Assembly: GCA_963676615.1 (NCBI GenBank)
Contig: OY781092.1
Coordinates: forward strand, 352,001 to 416,000
DNA: 64,000 nt
Source of the DNA: Candidatus Cloacimonadota bacterium
GTDB taxonomy: Bacteria; Cloacimonadota; Cloacimonadia; G963667145
Direction of reading: 5' to 3'
Shown here: positions 60,951 to 64,000 of the stretch, one piece after another
Layout of the letters: each line of letters begins with the position of its first letter
How positions within the stretch are numbered: the stretch's first letter is position 1
Translations under genes and position numbers: made by a program
Notes under the pieces: model-generated
The model's input: the letters and a program-made list of their open reading frames with translations, nothing else
What the model was told of the DNA's origin: nothing
Database searches by the model: none

Positions 60951-63356
60951 ATGAAAGTTTTAAAAATCTGCGGAAGCGTTTTTGAGTCGAGGGAACTTTT
61001 GGCAAATTCGCTTTTTGTGGTGCGCAATCAGGCTGATTTGGCGATGCTCGTGGTGGATGTTCCCAAAAAAAGCAAGTCGATTTTGCTGGCTCTAAAAAAT
61101 TCTGTTTTAGCTCAAAACCCCAGTTGGAGAGCGGAGTTAGAAGATTTTTGTAAAAGCGTTTGTTCGCTGAAAAACCAGCATTTGGAAGGCGAAAAAATCG
61201 ATTGCGTTTTGCTGTATTTGCAAAAAATCAAAGAGGTTTACGCAGGGCTAGAGCTTACGGGGTGCGACTTTGCGGGTTCGCTAGAAAAACTTTTGGCGCT
61301 ATCGTCTTTTGTTTACACAAAAATTTATGCGCTGATTTTGGAAAAAGAGGGGCTCGCCACCAAAATTTTTTTGGGCGACGACGATTTGCTGCGACAAATG
61401 GGCGACAAGCTCACCAGCAAAGGCAATTTGGACGCAGAAGACGCCAAAATTTTGCTCTATCCATCTGGCAGCGTGCTGAACGAGCAGGGCAAACTCAGCG
61501 TGGCTGTAGGCGGTGCGGACTATTTGTGCTGCTATTTGGCGAAACTTTTGTCGGCGCAAGAGGTCGAATTTTGGACAGAAGCAAAGGGCGTGCCTGTCTG
61601 CGATCCGCTTTTGGTGGCTGGCGCAAAACACATCCAAGCCATGAGCTATCAAGAGGCGATGGAACTCTCGCATTTTGGCTCGGATTTAATCAACTATCAG
61701 GCGATAAATTTGGCGAAAAAGCAAAACGACAGCATTTTGATCCGTTCGCTGAGCGATTTAGATTTTGCGGGAAGTAAAATCGAGAAAAATGTCGGCGACG
61801 AGCAAAGCCTCATTACGGGAATTTCGCACATCGACGATATTGCGCTGTTTCGCGTTTATGGCAGCGGAATGGTCGGCAGAATTGGCACAGCCAAGCGGCT
61901 TTTTGGCTCTTTGGCAAAGGCGAATATCAGCTTGGTGATGATTTCGCAGGCGTCCAGCGAGCAGTCGATTTGCTTTGCAATTCGCTCGGATCGCAAAAAT
62001 GTGCTGGCGGCAACGCAAGCCATTCGCAAAGAGTTTTACTACGAGTTTGAGCAGGGAATTTTGGAAAATATCGACTACGATACCGATTTGGCTTCGGTCT
62101 CGATTGTCGGACACAATATGGTCAAGCGCGTGGGACTTTCGGGCAAAATGTTTGGTGCGTTGGGCAAAAATGGTGTGAATGTGCGGGCGATTGCGCAAGG
62201 TTCTTCGGAGCTGAATGTCAGCGTGATTATCGCCAAAAACGATGTGCCAAAGGCGGTTGCGTCGCTGTATAGCGAATTTTTTGACAGGAAAAATATCAAC
62301 TTGTTTTTGGTTGGAACAGGCTTGATTGGGGCGACTTTGTTGCAGCAAATAGACGAGCAAAAATCTTTTCTGAAAAAAAATTATGGGCTGACTCTGAGTT
62401 TGCGGGGCGTTGCCGATGTGGACAAGATGAGCTTTGCTGCGGACATCAATTTTACGAATTGGCAAAGTAAGTTGAACTCTGGGCAAAAGAGCGATTTGCT
62501 GGGGTTTGCAAAGAAAATTAAAGAGATAAATTGCGCCAACTCGATTTTTATCGATTGCACGGCGACGGAAAAAATGACGCCGATTTACACGGAGCTTTTG
62601 GCTGGCTCGGTTTCGGTGGTGACGCCCAACAAAAAGGCGAACTCCGATGATTTGGATGTTTATCAAAAAATTCACAAAACGGCGCAAGATCACAACGCGA
62701 AGTTTTATTACGAGACCAATGTTGGCGCGGGTTTACCGATTATCAGCACGCTGAAAGATTTGCTGCGCTCTGGCGACGAAATCGTGGAAATTCAGGCGGT
62801 GCTTTCGGGGACGCTGAGCTATATTTTCAACACTTTCAGCTCCGAGAGTCGATTTGCGGATGTCGTGGCGAAAGCTAAAGAGCTGGGCTATACCGAGCCG
62901 AATCCCAAAGATGACCTCACGGGGCAAGATGTGGCACGCAAGGCTTTGATCCTTTCGCGGGAGATGGGCAGACAGATAAATTTGGCAGATATTCAGGCGG
63001 TGTCGATTTTGCCGTCAGAATGTTTGGCGAAGGAGAGCGCAGACGAGTTTATGCAAAGTTTGCGGGAGAACGACCACTATTTTGCAGAAATTGCGAAAAA
63101 CGCCGAAAAAAATGGCAAGAAGTTGCGCTTTTTGGCGACGATTTCGGACAGTGGCGCAAAAATCGGCTTGGAAGAGGTGGACAGCTCCAGCCCGTTTTTT
63201 TCGCTTTCGGGCAGCGATAATATGGTGGTCTTTACGACCAAGCGCTACACAAAGCAGATGCCGCTGGTGGTTTCTGGTCCAGGAGCTGGGGCAGATGTTA
63301 CTGCCGCGGGCGTTTTTGCGGATATTATCAAGATAGCTAACTATCTTATTTATTAA
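60951..63356 (+). CDS. thrA: Aspartokinase/homoserine dehydrogenase fusion with a divergent kinase domain
   Basis: Two ACT domains (SQASSE, QGSSE); HSD motifs GTGLIG, TPNKKA, ETNVGAGLP, GYTEP.P.DDL.G.D, GPGAG. Confidence 0.9.
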   Translation: MKVLKICGSVFESRELLANSLFVVRNQADLAMLVVDVPKKSKSILLALKNSVLAQNPSWRAELEDFCKSVCSLKNQHLEGEKIDCVLLYLQKIKEVYAGLELTGCDFAGSLEKLLALSSFVYTKIYALILEKEGLATKIFLGDDDLLRQMGDKLTSKGNLDAEDAKILLYPSGSVLNEQGKLSVAVGGADYLCCYLAKLLSAQEVEFWTEAKGVPVCDPLLVAGAKHIQAMSYQEAMELSHFGSDLINYQAINLAKKQNDSILIRSLSDLDFAGSKIEKNVGDEQSLITGISHIDDIALFRVYGSGMVGRIGTAKRLFGSLAKANISLVMISQASSEQSICFAIRSDRKNVLAATQAIRKEFYYEFEQGILENIDYDTDLASVSIVGHNMVKRVGLSGKMFGALGKNGVNVRAIAQGSSELNVSVIIAKNDVPKAVASLYSEFFDRKNINLFLVGTGLIGATLLQQIDEQKSFLKKNYGLTLSLRGVADVDKMSFAADINFTNWQSKLNSGQKSDLLGFAKKIKEINCANSIFIDCTATEKMTPIYTELLAGSVSVVTPNKKANSDDLDVYQKIHKTAQDHNAKFYYETNVGAGLPIISTLKDLLRSGDEIVEIQAVLSGTLSYIFNTFSSESRFADVVAKAKELGYTEPNPKDDLTGQDVARKALILSREMGRQINLADIQAVSILPSECLAKESADEFMQSLRENDHYFAEIAKNAEKNGKKLRFLATISDSGAKIGLEEVDSSSPFFSLSGSDNMVVFTTKRYTKQMPLVVSGPGAGADVTAAGVFADIIKIANYLIY

Positions 63357-63383
63357 AGGTTTATATTGAGGAAGTTGATTTTT

Positions 63384-64000
63384 ATGGAAAAAGATTTTAG
63401 ACGACTTTTGGGGGTGAATATCGACCATGTGGCGACAGTGCGTAACGCGCGTGGTGGAGCTTGTCCGCAGCCTGTGCAAGCGGCTTTGGTGGCTCAGCAG
63501 GCAGGCGCCGACCAGATTACGATTCACTTGCGAGAGGATAGGCGGCACATCAAAGATGCTGATTTGGCGGACATCGCCAAGGTGATAACGACCAAGCTCA
63601 ATCTGGAGATGGCGTTGAATAGGGAGATTATTGAGATTGCAATTCGGCAGAAGCCCGACACGGTGACGATCGTTCCCGAGAAGCGTCAGGAGGTGACGAC
63701 CGAGGGCGGTTTGCTTTTGCAGAAGTCGATGAAAAGCGATTTGCAGAGGTTGCAGGACGCTGGAATTGAGGTGAGCTTGTTTATCGAGCCTGATGTGCAG
63801 ATGATCGCCTTGGCTGCGGAATTGGGGGCAGACGCCGTGGAGATTCACACGGGCGCTTATGCGAACAATTGGCAGAATGAAGCGGGCGAGCGGGAGCTAG
63901 CCAGGATCAAGGTTGCTTGCAAGGCGATTGCCGAGCACGGGATGCGTGTTGTGGCGGGGCACGGGCTTGATTATCACAATATTTTTCCGCTACTGAAAAT
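63384..64000 (+). CDS. pdxJ: Pyridoxine 5'-phosphate synthase, 3'-truncated by the window edge (absent from the ORF track)
   Basis: Translation gives LGVNIDHVATVRNAR, HLREDRRHI, NLEM, VPEKRQEVTTEGG, SLFI, EIHTG, AGHGL. Confidence 0.95.
   Translation, partial: MEKDFRRLLGVNIDHVATVRNARGGACPQPVQAALVAQQAGADQITIHLREDRRHIKDADLADIAKVITTKLNLEMALNREIIEIAIRQKPDTVTIVPEKRQEVTTEGGLLLQKSMKSDLQRLQDAGIEVSLFIEPDVQMIALAAELGADAVEIHTGAYANNWQNEAGERELARIKVACKAIAEHGMRVVAGHGLDYHNIFPLLK

Overview
Gene-dense chromosomal window, almost all housekeeping, from a diderm LPS-making and probably anaerobic bacterium (kdsB, heptose kinase, outer-membrane barrels, butyrate kinase, Na+-type membrane pyrophosphatase). An FCB-related lineage such as Cloacimonadota is plausible but is only an impression. 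Main blocks: kdsB-mnmA, lepA-maf-xerD, glyA-der-plsY-heptose kinase, a pantothenate/CoA operon (panG-like, panB, panC, split coaC/coaB, coaX, panD), hppA, lon, secG plus two tRNA-Leu, an alkaline phosphatase-YibE/F pair behind a PHO-box-like array, rpmE-DUF1385-prfA-nuoE-like-moaA-two yhhQ copies, paaK-ACT, buk, an ilv/leu/cimA operon, a U32-cdd-ftsEX-like-pgsA-deoB-trmB cluster, tgt, thrA and partial pdxJ. No CRISPR array, transposase or prophage was seen. The most notable signals are in gene expression: (1) a tRNA-Leu with the rare AAG anticodon beside a near-identical CAG copy; (2) a recurring non-canonical promoter-like motif TTGACA-N20/21-TTG upstream of most operons; (3) a split FtsE-like ATPase joined by an in-frame A-AAA-AAG slippery site followed by a hairpin (candidate -1 frameshift); (4) an unannotated 29-aa Ile/Leu/Val-rich leader peptide with an atypical attenuator hairpin; (5) apparent near-absence of ACGT; (6) a ThrA with an eroded aspartokinase domain. 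All calls come from reading motifs by eye; no database searches or counts were run.
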